Of a DNA stretch of 64,000 nt, positions 21,877 to 36,877 are shown in pieces. This DNA comes from Selaginella moellendorffii. Lineage: Eukaryota; Plantae; Lycopodiophyta. Made by a program: the position numbers and the translations under genes. The stretch's first letter is position 1; the number at the start of each line of letters is the position of its first letter. The notes below the pieces were generated by a model that made no database searches, had not been told where the DNA came from, and saw only the letters and a program-made list of their open reading frames with translations. The stretch lies in NCBI RefSeq assembly GCF_000143415.4, contig NW_003314289.1, positions 215,109 to 279,108 on the forward strand, given 5' to 3'.

Positions 21877-23935
21877 TCACGACTTTGCCACCGCTACCGC
21901 CTTGGCTGCTACTTGCGCTTCGGTCAATGGTAAGTAGTATATGTTGGGCTTGGCGCTCGTCTTCTTGAACAGATCATCGAGAGTAACCATCGGCTCAGCC
22001 TCTGCAATGGAGAACGATGCTCGTTAGACGAGAAAGGAAAACGAAAAGAACAAAGAGGAGCTCACCTCGCTTTGGTGGTGGTGCTGGCTTTTCCTTGTGC
22101 GCTGGTGGAGCTACAGGCGACACCGGCGTGTGTGGAGACGGGAAAGCTGATCCCCCAGTAGTGCATCCCCGAGGGATGGTCACGGTAGGCTTGTCATTGC
22201 TGCCACTCTCAACCTTGAGCTTCACCTCCTCAGGCTCTACAAACTCTGCCACTAGCTGTTTCCCCCCTATCACAGGCCACTTCAGATTGTGCAGAGCATT
22301 TCTTGTAGCTACTGCTTCGTCTACAGAGGAGTACTGCAAGAATGGAGAAACAAAAACGTAAGCACAAACTCCAGGGGAAAAAACCAATGCACACGCATAC
22401 CGTGACATAACAGTGCGTTTTGATCTGATCCATCCAAAAATCTGTAAAGTTGCCTGTGTCTGCAAGAAGATCTTTCAACGCCTTGAGGGTAAAAGGGCGC
22501 ACAAACCTGTCAATTCTCAAAGATGTTGTGGGATTCTTATCTGAAGGTGACACTGCAAAGAACCGGGAGTGACTAAGTATTGTATTGCTGCGAAAACGAA
22601 GACACTTACCAATACGTCCGTTGTTGGCTGCGTCTGATAGAGGAGACACAACTGATCGGGCTGGTCTGTCAGCTAAAGGCCTAGTACCGACGGAATTACC
22701 ACCTGCAAGATTAGAACCATCGTTAACAATCAAGTCTGGCGATACTTTAGGCCTTGTCTCAACATCTGCCCCCATATTTTTCCCTGAATTCCACCTGCGC
22801 TGCCTCTTGCTCTGATCTACTTGCTGTTCGCCATCTGCAAAGAAAAAGAAAAATGAGTGACACACATTCACGACAGAAAAGAAACATTCAGGCACTTACT
22901 GTCTTTTCTCTTCAGTCCCGCCTGGGCCTCAGCATCGACATCCATGGCTTTCGAATCACCGTCCACATTATCCATACTCTCCTTGTCACTGTCCTTGATC
23001 TTCAGGTCTTCCTCCACACTGTCCCTGTCCTTGGAGTCTTCCTTGTCATCTTTCATCGCTTCGACGACAATCTCTTTCTCATCCTCCACCGCGTCTTTCA
23101 AGTCTTCGACGGCCTCGTTCATATCCTTCAAGGCCTCCAGAGTCTCATCCTGAAGGACGCTTTCGTTCTTCAAGTCCTCCACACTGGCTATCTCCTTCAA
23201 GCCTTCGTGCAGCACATTCTGGGTGGCGGCAAGGACATCCTCCACACTCTCGGCCTTTGCCTCGACATCCACTTTGATAACCACCTCTTCAGTCTTCTCC
23301 ACGACTACAAAGCTCTCACCTTTAGCAAGCTCTTCCACCACGGGCTCTCCTTCGAGCTTAATCCCCTCTTCCAGCCCTGTGGGAGTAAGACCCTCGGCTG
23401 CCACAGCCCCTCCTTCGAGCTTAGCTTCCTCCTCCAGCATAGGAGCGGCCATGGATGGCATCTCCTCCACGACCTTGATGGTCGTCTCTTCCACAGTCAC
23501 CACAGACTCCACCATCGTCTCCTCGGGAGCCGGCTGGTTCAAGTTCGTGACATGGACAGTCTCTTCCATCACCGTCTCCTTCACGAAAGAATCCATCTCA
23601 CCCACATTGGAAACCTCGTCAGTCGTGGTGGTGACAAGAGTCCCTTCCAGCACAGAAACCGTCTCCTCCGCCACTGGAGCCGGAACGTCCATCTCCTCCT
23701 CCGCCACTGGAGGCGGAACTTCAATCTCCTCCTGCGCGGCCTTCACCGCAATCGCTTCCTCCTGCTGCTGGGCTTGGGCCTGAGCGCGAGCCATCGCCTC
23801 CGCCCTGACATTCTCATCCCGCAGCGCGGATTCCAGCCGCTCCACCAGCTCCTTCTTGAGCCCCTTGGGGCTCAAGCCGCGCCTTTTCAGCTCCTCCTTG
23901 AGCTCGGTCACCTTGAGCTGCTCGGGCGTCTTCAT
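21877..23935 (-). CDS. ACINUS: ACINUS-like splicing/ASAP-complex protein (SAP + acidic region + RRM + RSB), multi-exon
   Basis: SAP (LKVTELKEELKRRGLSPKGLKKELVERL), RRM (SLRIDRFVRPFTLKA..FWMDQIKTHCYV..ATRNALHNLKWP), RSB motif LDDLFKKTSAKPNIYYLPLT. Confidence 0.9.
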
Positions 23936-24531
23936 GCTCGCTCGATCGCTTGCCGCCTCTCTTTTTCCGCCCTAAAGAAGCGCTGGATCGAGGCGCCGGA
24001 TCAATGCGTCTACCTCTGGAGTGCCGATTCTTGCCTGCCGGATTCACGTCGCCGCCCAGCTCCTCGCACTCCTCACCTCAAACCCTAGGCGCTCATCGCA
24101 AAATGGGAAATTAGGTCAAGAATCGGCAAGGCCCACTGCCCTTAAAGCATGCCATTTCCACTGCGACTTTCGCAAAGGTGTCCTTAACTAACGAAGCGAA
24201 GATAAACGGCCATCAAGAAAGGATTGCTATTCCATATTCCTGGGAGAGAGAAAAAAGAGAGACCTTGGAACACCTACATTAAAATTTCTTCTCCAGCGAT
24301 ACCCTGTTGTAAGCTTTTTCCTTTGTTCGTCCGTAAAATCCGATGCTCTCTATAAGATCACGACCACCATCACCACCACCATCACTGGCTCTTCCAGATA
24401 CCAAAAGATCTTTTTTTTTCTTTTTTGCTGCTGTTGCTGCTGTCCTTGCTTTATCGAATCGCTCAAACCATCGTCGTCACTTCACTTCAATCTCTGCTGC
24501 TAAGTACTGCTGCGCACTGCTGCTGCTGCTG

Positions 24532-26581
<2,050 letters not shown>

Positions 26582-27959
26582 CACTAGAATCCCTCCAAAA
26601 CACCCAGATTCCTTGCTCGCCAGCTACAACGCCCCACTGTTACTACCAATCCCTGATCGATCCGGGTGCCCCATTGCCGGCTTATCCCCCGTGAGCTAGA
26701 GATCCGGCCGCAATGCTTCTCCCAGCCAATGCAACCAGCTTGTCTGTGGTAGCCTCATCGAGAATGAGACAAATATCACAGCTGGAGCTTTAGTACCAGT
26801 GTGTCAGATCACTTCCCCTTCTCAAACCCTAAGCTCCTGGAGCCAAGCGCGTTGCAATCCCCGATCCAGCCGAAATATGTGAGATCATCGACCGACTCCT
26901 CCAAATCCGCCCCCGCGGCAGCGATTTCATATCCAAGAACCTCCTCCTGCTCCTCGCGAGCGATGGAATGCATCGACCGAATCCATACCTGTCGATGGAA
27001 TCCCTGCTCGCCGCAGCTGAGTTCTCGCGCCAGCGCCTAGCAGCGCCGGATTATTGCCTCTCCCCTCCCCCTGCCGCGGCAATAAACCCTACTCCGCCAT
27101 AGCAAGCACAGTGTATGGAGATTGAGAGAGGAGAGAGAGCGAGAAAGAGAGAGAAGGGAGGAGAGAGAGGGGGGACAAGTGAAAAACATTAAATGAATGA
27201 GTGAAAATGGCCGTAACGATCATTAGCTGGACATTTCGAGGACCGTCCACGCTTTCAATCGGCTCGTCATTCCGCAGCGCGCGCCACATTCCCCTGCCAT
27301 TCCGGTGCGGAAGACATCGGCAGCAACATTCCGGATCGCCACGGAATCTTACGCCGTATGACATCACCGCGAGAACGCGGCGGCATATTCCGGCGGTATT
27401 GTGCCAGATTTTAAATCGGGCATTGTCCACGTGGAAATATATCAGTGGCGGAGATGTGCCACGTCGGCAGGGGCTGTCGGAAGAGACGGGCTATTTGGGC
27501 GTGTGAGTGTGAAAAGAGGTTGTCAGGCCGGCCACGTGCCCCTGCCCGGATGCCTGGCTGGCAGGCTGCCCGCCGGGCTGGCCACGACGACCCTTCTTAC
27601 CTTGTTGACTGGGCATTTTGCGACCATGTGCAAGCATATGCCGATCAAAATGCGCAGTACAGTGGTATTCAATGTGTAAAAAATTGGCTAAGGGCATTTT
27701 CACTCAAGCAACTGGATATTTTACTGGATATGTAAGAGTATTTTACACTATGGCAATTATATTTATAATAGGAAATGACAGTTTCATTTCATAGTAACAA
27801 AATGATAAGTTTACTTTTAACTCACTCATAATAAAGTGGTTTAAATGGTGAGGTCTCTCTCGGGCATTTGCTCAAAGGTAGTTCTCGCGTTTTCTATCTG
27901 ACCTATCGTCCATAGCTGATAGGAGTGAATCCTCCGATACGGGATTCAGCTGTGGCATG

Positions 27960-28520
27960 GCATTCGTGGGATTTCATGCTGCATCTTCGGCAAGAGCGTT
28001 AGAGCTGGGAAACTGTCCTGGGGCAAAGAAAACTTACGACCGAATGACATATGCCCAGATCGGGCATATCGAAGAATCCAAAGAGGTCTTGTGAGGAAAG
28101 CCAGGGAGCGACGTGGTCTCCTGGAATGCCATGCTAGCTTCTTTCTCCGGTGCTGGACGCCTAGAAGAAACAGAGTGATGTTTGCTGCTACGCCTGGGCC
28201 CGACTTAGTCTTTTGGACTTTGCTTGCTGTGTATGCCCAGAGCAGGAGCAACAAAGCCGCCAAGAAAACTTTTGAGTAAGAGATCTCGGAGCGTCGAAGA
28301 TCTTGGAAGCGTCCCTATACTGCCACAGGCAGCGTGGAGCTCCGTGGTGGAGATACATGTTATTTTAACCTAATCTACACACACCACTTGTGCATGGTCG
28401 ATCTCCTCGGCCTATTTCGACAAGGATAATTATTGGGAGGCACAACAGCCTATCTCTCTCCTTGCAACTCATGAGCATCTTGCATGAGAGGTAGTTTGTG
28501 CCGCCCAAAATCGGGGAATG
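27960..28520 (+). pseudogene. Fragmented PPR pseudogene
   Basis: Broken-frame pieces TYAQIGHIEES, DVVSWNAMLASFSGAGRLEE, PDLVFWTLLAVYAQ, HLCMVDLLG. Confidence 0.7.
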
Positions 28521-29199
28521 ATTGAAGGCGTGGAGGTATTTTTACAAAGGCATTAGTAGACCGGTGGTTCTAGAAGAACGAGGTGGCAAGGAGATGCGCA
28601 AAGATACTCAAATGATGTCTGGGGGATTTGGGTGCGGGCATTTGTGGTTGGAGCGCTCGAATGGGCGGAGTTATGAATGTGACTGAAGCGCTAGTAGAAG
28701 GCTTTTTGAGGTTTAAGCTGTGAGTTACCTAGAGAACTTTGGGTTGCGAGGGTGGGATTTCTCCAAGGCGTGGTAGTATTGATTTAAGGTGTCACGGTGT
28801 GAGACTTCCCAGCTAAACGCAAAAAGAATTCCAATGAAAACTCCGAAAGAGAGTTCAGTCATGCTTCGGTGGCTGTTTTTCAGCCGAAGATTAGTGCGTA
28901 GTTGTGCCTTTGGCCGATGCTTTGCATAACCCGGAGAATTTGCCACACGTGGACTAGGTGACACGTTCAATCGTCCGGCACAAGTTAGGGTGCCGAAATA
29001 TAGTGAAAAATATATAATTTCTGGACATGAACTAGAGTATAAATGTTGTAGTAAAAGGTTATGAAATAGGACTCTTTAGTTAGAAAGAACAAATTTTCAA
29101 TCTAGTAGAGAGGTAGAAGAGTCACAAAGGAGGACTAGCCTGGTATATCTGGCAGATCAGGGCTTACATGTGTGCGGGATTTCATGAACTTCAGGGGTA

Positions 29200-29600
29200 T
29201 AGAGGTGCTGGTGTCAGGAACCTGATCTAAAGTTCAGATCTCCAGCAATTAGTTCTAAGAAATCTATGCTGCATCGGCATCAAAGCACTCTGGACACACA
29301 TACAGTGGCAATTCTGCCTAACTTCAGCGGTGAATTGGATAAAGACCCACAGCTGCATGTGGAGACTGTTAAGTCGTTCTTAGTGGTGATGGCATACTTC
29401 CAGTTGTCTCTTTCAGGACAGGCACTCTTTTGGCAGCTCACTATTACGCAACAATAGGCATTTCATTTCAACGCATTCACAAAACTTTTCTTGACTTATT
29501 TTGAACCACCAATAGTAATACAAATAGCTCATGTTAGAATAGGTTATCTACAGCTAAACCATATTCAAAGGTCAATATCCTATTTCATTCTCTCTTTTTC
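29200..29600 (+). mobile_element. Decayed retrotransposon gag fragment
   Basis: LPNFSGELDKDPQLHV...YFQLSLSGQALFW resembles a Gypsy gag N-terminus. Confidence 0.5.
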
Positions 29601-29974
29601 AAGCATTGGTGGATTTTTTGCTTGAATCATTTGCATGATTCATAGTTACTCTTTTTTTTCATTTATTTGTTAAATCCTCCTCATGATGATATTTGTATAG
29701 AAGCAATAGATAAATTTGATAGCATTAGTAGTTTTTTGAGTTGGAAACAAAACTCAAGAAGAAATGAACTTATGGATTACATTGGTTTTTATATTGCTTA
29801 TATCATTAAAAAAAAGAAGGCAAAAATTAAGAAAAGTATTTTAAAAAACAAGACCAACTAATCAAGTGATTGTAATTGACAATAGTTCAAAGATGATTTG
29901 GTAAAGGAGATTTGAAACATATTTTTTATGGAAAAATGCATTATATACCCTATATATAGAGGGATAACCAAGAT

Positions 29975-30433
29975 TTAATAGACCCTAAGAGAAAGACTAT
30001 AGTGACTAGAGGGTGGGCTAAATATGATTGTGGATGATCATTCTTTAACGACGACAGAATTGCCAAGTTAGGATAATAGAATAAAGAAAAAGCCTTACAA
30101 TTAAGTGAACACCTTTTTATTCAGTTGGGTTAAGGTGTAAAGGATAAAATTTTAACATTGGTATTGGAGCTCAATTTAATTTTTATGGCTGACAAGTGGG
30201 GTAAGAATATTTTAAAGGAATATTCAATATAATGGATCTAAAGGGAGAACTAAGGATAGTTCAGACCTAAAAGAAGAACTATAGTGACCGGAGGGTGGCC
30301 TAAGTATGCTTGTTCAAATGATCATTCCTTGACAAAGGGAGGATTGTTATACACCACATTAGGATAATAGAACAAAGAAAGGGCCTTACAATCAAGTGAT
30401 CCCTTTAGTGATGCAAGGAATAAGATCCTAACA
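29975..30433 (+). mobile_element. Miniature LTR element (TRIM) in partial tandem array; LTRs about 30061-30157 and 30345-30433
   Basis: Short diverged LTRs (TTAGGATAATAGAA.AAAGAAA..GCCTTACAAT.AAGTGA), iMet-like PBS TGGTATTGGAGC at 30159, PPT AAAGGGAGGA, internal segment repeated before the first LTR. Confidence 0.65.
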
Positions 30434-31049
30434 TTAAGAATTTATTGTTTATTACTTTAATTATAATATAAAGTGTTTCATTATTTTTTAAATAAAATTT
30501 ACTATAGTTGACTGCTAAACTATAATCTAAATTTATGAGATAGAACCCTTTATTACATCAAAGTTTTTTTTCTATTCTTCTAATGACTCTTTGGAATATA
30601 ACAATATCAAACTATATATAACAAAAAAATTCAATTCATAATTTAAGAGTTTTGATTTTTATAAGCTTTGTAGCAAAGGCAATATTTACAAGCTTCCACT
30701 ACCTTATCAAATATACAAACATCTATATAATTTTGGTTATTATGTGGTAAATTTTATATACTTACAGAAGATGGAGAGGTAAGATTGAATTAATTAAATT
30801 AATAAATTAATAAATTCTTATTAAATTCATTAAATTAATTCTTAATTATATCTCTACTCTAGTATAAAAGCCTTTTTATCTTTATAAGCCTTTTGTGGTA
30901 TAGACAAATGTGATTTATATTATTATTTGCTTTAAGTTGGGTGTCCTATGATCACTATTACGAATGAATGACAACATTATCTATATAAATCAAATTTTTA
31001 TTTGAATTCAAACCATTAGTGTTTCTAGAATTTTAATCATCAAAAGAAA

Positions 31050-34000
31050 TTTCAAGGAAACTTTTCTTATTGGCAAAAGTTCTTATAGAAGATGTATATT
31101 AAAATTGGTAAAAGCATAGAGATGGCAATAAAGTGGTTGATACTTTATATAGGATAGTGAATTTTATTTCATTCGTGAAGCTATCAAGTGATCTATTGAA
31201 TGAGCTTAAGAAGTTTGTTGACTTTGACTCCTTTACCATTAATGTGCACATGAAAGTTTTATTAAAGGATATCTCTATAGATTTGAAATGTGATAAATTT
31301 GTGTCATTAGAGATATGAAAAAAGGCATCCTAGTGAAAAAGGGACATATGGTGGTTCCTTATGTTGATAAACTCATCAAATAAATCTTAATTAAGTGTTA
31401 TGATGTGCTAATTACTAAACATCTAGACTGATGACATATATGTTAATAAAAAAGTATTTCTTTTGGCTTGGAATGAAATTTAATTGCTAAGAGATCAAAG
31501 TTGATCATCAAAATTTTATTAGCTTCTATCATCCTTTATATGTACCCAAGAATAAGTAGAATAGCATCTCAATATACAATATCATTAATTTGCCTAAAAC
31601 TTTTTAAGGAATGAATGTTATTCACTTCTTCCTAATGAAAACTATAATTAAAGATTTTAAACTTTCTTAATTATTTATAGATGAGTTATTTAGTCTCTAG
31701 GATGGTATTATAAATGATTGAAATCCCAACTTTATATCTAAATTTTAACAAATAGTCTTTGAGAAGCTAGAGACTAAGTTAAGTAGAAGTAGTGGTGTGC
31801 ATCCACAATCAAATGGGTAGACACTAGCATGATTCAGCATCTCATGATTTTGAGTTAAAGAATATGAATCAAATGTTAAAAGATATTTTGAGGTCTTTTA
31901 TGGAAACAAAAAACTCTTGAATTTGAACTTCCCGATATGTCATCTAGCCTAATACTATTTAATCTATTGACACTTAACCCTAAGTATACCAATACTCTTA
32001 ACTAATTGGAAAAGAGGCTACACTTTTGTTAATGGCCCTTTCTCTTTATATTTGAACCTTTATAAATTATGTTTTGACTTTTTTTCCTTAGTTACTTACA
32101 AAAATTTGACTCTACAAAGTGCATGAAAGAAATACTTGCCTTTTCTTTAATTTTCTTATAATATCACTCAATAATTCATTATTTGTATGTCTTAATTTAT
32201 GATGATGTATAGCTATAAACCAAGATCTCTAATTTAGCTTTGGTTTGAGTGCCTTATACTTTTAATTTCTTGGATGATATACAAGACAAGCTTGAATTAG
32301 TTAAGACAAGCTCAAGAATAAAATAAAAGATAAGTTTATGGGCATTGTCATCATCTAGAGTAACAAGATTTTTCTTAAGCTATTAAATGCATAACAGGCT
32401 TTAAAAAAAAGTGGCAATATTTAGTTTAATATTATAGGTCTTGGACATTTTGCTGCATATAAGGATCTTATTTACACTTATGACTTATCAACTAATTTGA
32501 AAATTCATCTAACATTCTATGTGAGTAAATTTAGAGTACTCTAGTGATGTTATGAATCAATTAATCATCTAGGTCCTAGAGATTAATATTGAGAAAGTTT
32601 GTCTAGCTAATATTCTTGCTCAAAGGTTAGTAAAAATAAGTTATAAAACAATTCATGAGTTGTTGGTTCAATTGAATGGTTATTTCATGAACAATGTTAC
32701 ATGAGAAGTAAAAAAGAGAGTGTTTAGTCCAAGTCCGGCCAGGGCAGGCAAAGGCTGCATGTGTGTGTTTTCACCATGCGTAGGCTTCACTCAGCCGCAT
32801 AATTTGAGCTATTGCTTTATTTATATTCTCTTGTTTATATGACTTTATTGTCATATGAGAACATTATATTGCTTTCTTTCTTTCATAGCTATTTGTCATA
32901 ACATTGATGTTGTCATTCACACATCTTTTCTCTATGACCATAGAGTCTTGAACTCTCTTCATGTAACACTCATTTAGCTTCTCAAGCTTACCATCCATGA
33001 TAGGGAGGTGAAAATGACACAAACTATAGGAACACTTATTAAGGATTTAGAGTTGTTTGTTTCAAGTGTATCACATTTAAAAAGAATGAGCAGATTTGAG
33101 TTATAGTTGATAGGTTGACTAAATACATGAGGTTTGTCCCTCTTAAAAGTACTATTATTGTTAAAAGAGTTATAACCAAAGAAATATGTTAGTGAGATTT
33201 TTCCTACTCATGAATTACCTTTGGATATTTTTAGTGATTATGATACAAAATTTACTAGTGGATTTTGGAAAAATTTCTTTCATGGTTTAGATACTACTCT
33301 AAGTTTAGTAGTGGTGATCATAGATGAAGAAACAGAATGTATTACCAAGTTTTTGAAGACATGTTATATACTAGTATTGTTAAAATTAGCTAGTGTAGTG
33401 GGATTAATTTATACCTTTGGCAAAATTTGCTTATAATAATAGCAAGCATAACAACATTACTATAACACCATTCTTTGCTATGTATGGATGACATCCTTGA
33501 CTAATTGATCTTGGTATTTATTAGGTAGATTCTCTGGATATGAATATTGATGCTCATAATTTGGTAGCTAAAATAGATAAGATTCTACGTGATTGTTGAG
33601 GCAATCTTATGAAAATTCAAGATTGTTAATAATGTTATACCAATTAGCATAGAAGCTTTTGTCATTATCATATTAGGTGGTTTTTCTATCTACTTTTCTA
33701 AAGACTTCCATTACCTCTTTATGAAAAGGAAAAAGTGATAAAGTTTCATATTATTATATTAGGCCATTTGAGATTATTGAGAAAATTAATAACATGGTAT
33801 ATAAGTTAAAGCTTTCAGTAGGTGTGTAAGTACATCCAATTTTTTATATGAGTCAACTTGAAAGACTAGAGTAGTATCAAAAGACTTATGATCATCTTTT
33901 ACATTTAGTGTTGCTCTTTAACCACCTAACTCTACAAAATAGTTCCACCTCTTTATTATTGTTGCGAATGTGACTTTAGGTATCGAAAGTTACCTGTCGG

Positions 34001-34560
34001 TTAGTTCTTTCGGATATTCTTTCCTTACTGCCACGACGGCAGGAGGTCGGTATTGCTGGACCCGTTATCAGTTCCCACTTGAGCTAATTGAGAAATTGGT
34101 CATTGACCGTGTACTTAAATTGGATAAACATAAGGTAGGAACTCTTATGTGTTTCTTGCTGAGCATACTCAGCCCGGTTTGAGAAACTCCTATCATTGGC
34201 TTGCACTTGCTAGTATCAAGAACCCCTGTGATATTGAGCTTGGTCCCTCAATAATCGCTAGATGATAGCTTACCGTGTCTGCCAAACACACTCGTTATCA
34301 TGCCCTTTGTGTTAGTTTCATTCCGGTCCTAAATGTTATTTATGGAAAGTGTCTAGATTTGCTCATTTGGCATATCTACAGAATGTAGAGATTAGCTTGA
34401 ACACAATGATGTTCATCCCATGTCCAAATTCACATTCTAGCGCCATTCTGTATTTAGTAAGTTTTGAGCTTGTCCTAGAGACTAACTCCTGATACTAAGG
34501 GAGGCTTGGGGTGAAAGCCCAAAGCGTGTGTTCCTCAAGGGGGGAGGGGGGGGCAGGGGT
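31050..34560 (+). mobile_element. Nested, heavily decayed Ty3/Gypsy integrase/chromodomain remnants
   Basis: Stop-ridden HPQSNG (about 31800), chromodomain-like piece (about 32650), IFSDYDTKFTSGFW (33221), GPF and HP.F motifs (33760-33850), PPT G-run at about 34540. Confidence 0.7.
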
Positions 34561-35310
34561 TCCAAATGTATAGTAGGGATAGTGGGTAGGTCGAGCATGG
34601 TCGACCAACTTAAGGCATAGTCTAGCTTTCGCTTGTGTGCCTGTCCTTGTTTTGCATCCGGCTTGGGTCTAAGCCCAAGTTCCATTCCATACTAGCTGGT
34701 GGAGTACCCCTATCCTTACGTTAGGCCACCGGTATGTTGAAATAGCGCCAAACTCTGTTTGGCTCCGTTTTGCATGCCAGTCATGACATTGGGATGCTGA
34801 TTGCTCTAGGACTGTTCCAAGTTGCTCTTGGCTCCTGTCCCTTCACTCCTTGGGCTATATGCTCGAGAGTTGCTTCATGGTTCGGTTCCATCACTCCCTG
34901 GCTCTATGCTTGGGAGTTTGGCACCGTTCCTTCGTTCAGTGGCCCAAGGCTCTAAACCTCAGGTTCCACACCACGTTCCTTTGGACACATGGCATGTAAC
35001 ATGTGGCATCTGTCACATGGCATATGAAGGTTTAGGTTCCACTTTGTGGTATTATCCTATGGTAAATCACCATAGGATAAAGGGTCAAAACCACGTGCAC
35101 TACAATTATAATGCATAGTGAATGTATTAATATTGCTTTGCCACTAGCTTTATCATATTGTTACATCACTAGCTATAGTTCAATACACCTTCTATGTTGA
35201 ATACAATATATTTCACCAAGTGTAATCTAGAGCATTTAAAGCTAGTGAATTTTGTTTGTGTAATTTTTGCCTTTGATTTTGATAAGTTTTGACATTATGT
35301 AGGACATTTT

Positions 35311-36877
35311 TATAAGCGACTAATTTTTCCATTCTACTTTAGTCACTTAACCACACCTCCAACCACTTGGAGGAGTCTCATTCACAACCTCCATAAATCC
35401 CATTCAAGACTTGGGACTTGCTAGCCCCGAGAATGGCATCTATGCCACTCAACATTTGCACTTGGTCCAAGTGCTCCACGTGTCCAATCCCATGACCGAC
35501 ACTCAAAGGTACCACCGACATGGCAGCTTGTCATGCTAAGGCCATGCCCAATCACCTTTGCCACACTGGTAGTCCAATACCACATGCATCCCAGTCTTGG
35601 CTCTCCAAGACTAGGCAAACCATCCGTGAGTGGTCATCTCAGATCCACTCCTTAGCATCCTTAGGATGCCCATCAACAAGGGGAATAGCCTTCCCCAATA
35701 TCCCTCTGTCAGTCCCTACTAAGTCCCTTTCTGCCCCTAGCCGTGTTTGCCAACACTGCCACTGGATCGAGGCCCATAGGCCCGACCACTAAGTCCCACG
35801 GTCCTCTGGGACTTCCTCACCATACGACTGTGTCTTTGGTCACTACCCCAGAGCACTGCTCCTCTTCCTTTCCACAGTCTGGGCCTTTGGGGACAACATT
35901 TCGGAACACCGTGGCCTTACGCGAGCCACCTGGGTACTCTCCCGGCCTTCCGCCCTTGGGTGCTCTAGCCATGGGCTTAGAGTGAGGTTCTGTTGAGCCA
36001 CTCCTGGTATCCAAGTAGGTAGTGCCACCCACACTTGGACTGGGAGCATCGGCCAGTCGATCTCCCGGGGGAACTAGAGCCAGCTCTTGAACACTTCACC
36101 AAGCTACCCCGCTCGTCGGTCCGTATTCACTCTAGTCTTGGACTTCCCAGTGGTCAGTTCATCACCCAACGCTGGGTCTGGCCTTCCTAGGCCAAACTGG
36201 CCTTTCCTGCCCAAACTGGCTCCACTGCAGTCCTCCCCCTTACTATACTTTTGGAGCTCACCAAACCCCCCAGGGTCTGGGAGATGAACGCTTTGGGCTT
36301 TCACCCTTTCAGACTTGAACTTGGACTCGGACTCGGACTCGAACTCAGACTTAGACTCAGACTCGGACTCGGACGCGGGCTCGCTCTCGGCCTCCGCCTC
36401 GGTCTCGGTCTCGGTCCCGGTCTCAGTCCCGGTCTCAGTCTCGGTCTCGGTCTCGGTCCCGGTCTCAGTCCCGGTCTCGGTCTTGACCTCGGACTCCATC
36501 TCGGATTCCATCTCGGGTCCATCTCGGACTCCATCTCGGACTCCGTCTCGGTCCATCTCGGACTCCATCTCGGACTCCACTTCAGACTCTATCTCGGTCC
36601 ATCTTGGACTCCATCTGGGACTCCACCTCGGACTCCATCTCGGACTCCATCTCGTGTCATGTGTTGGTCCTTTTGGGTCCCTTTTTGGAGCCTCACTTAT
36701 TGCTCGCTTCGTGCTTGTTCCTCGAGCACTTTGTTGGGAGTTCCACTCCCGCTCTCGACCTTCCAAGTCGGAGCTTTTAGTCCAAACGTGTTACGCTCGT
36801 TTGGCTTTCTCTTCGGCCACTACCACGTGGCACCCTTTCCAGCTCCACTTTGGGGCCTAAGGATTTTGTGTCTCACA
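35311..36877 (-). mobile_element. Solo LTR (about 1.57 kb) with ATTTT target-site duplication and internal CpG hexamer satellite
   Basis: Starts TGTGAGACAC on minus; ATTTT at 35306-35310 and 36878-36882; reverse-complement match to 45371-46856. Confidence 0.8.

Noticed and set aside
22754-24088. 444-aa + strand ORF
   Set aside because: Antisense shadow of the Glu/Val-rich ACINUS exon.
29209-29222. TGGTGTCAGGA as a tRNA-Leu PBS
   Set aside because: Plausible before the gag fragment, but no bounding LTR CA end or partner LTR could be identified.
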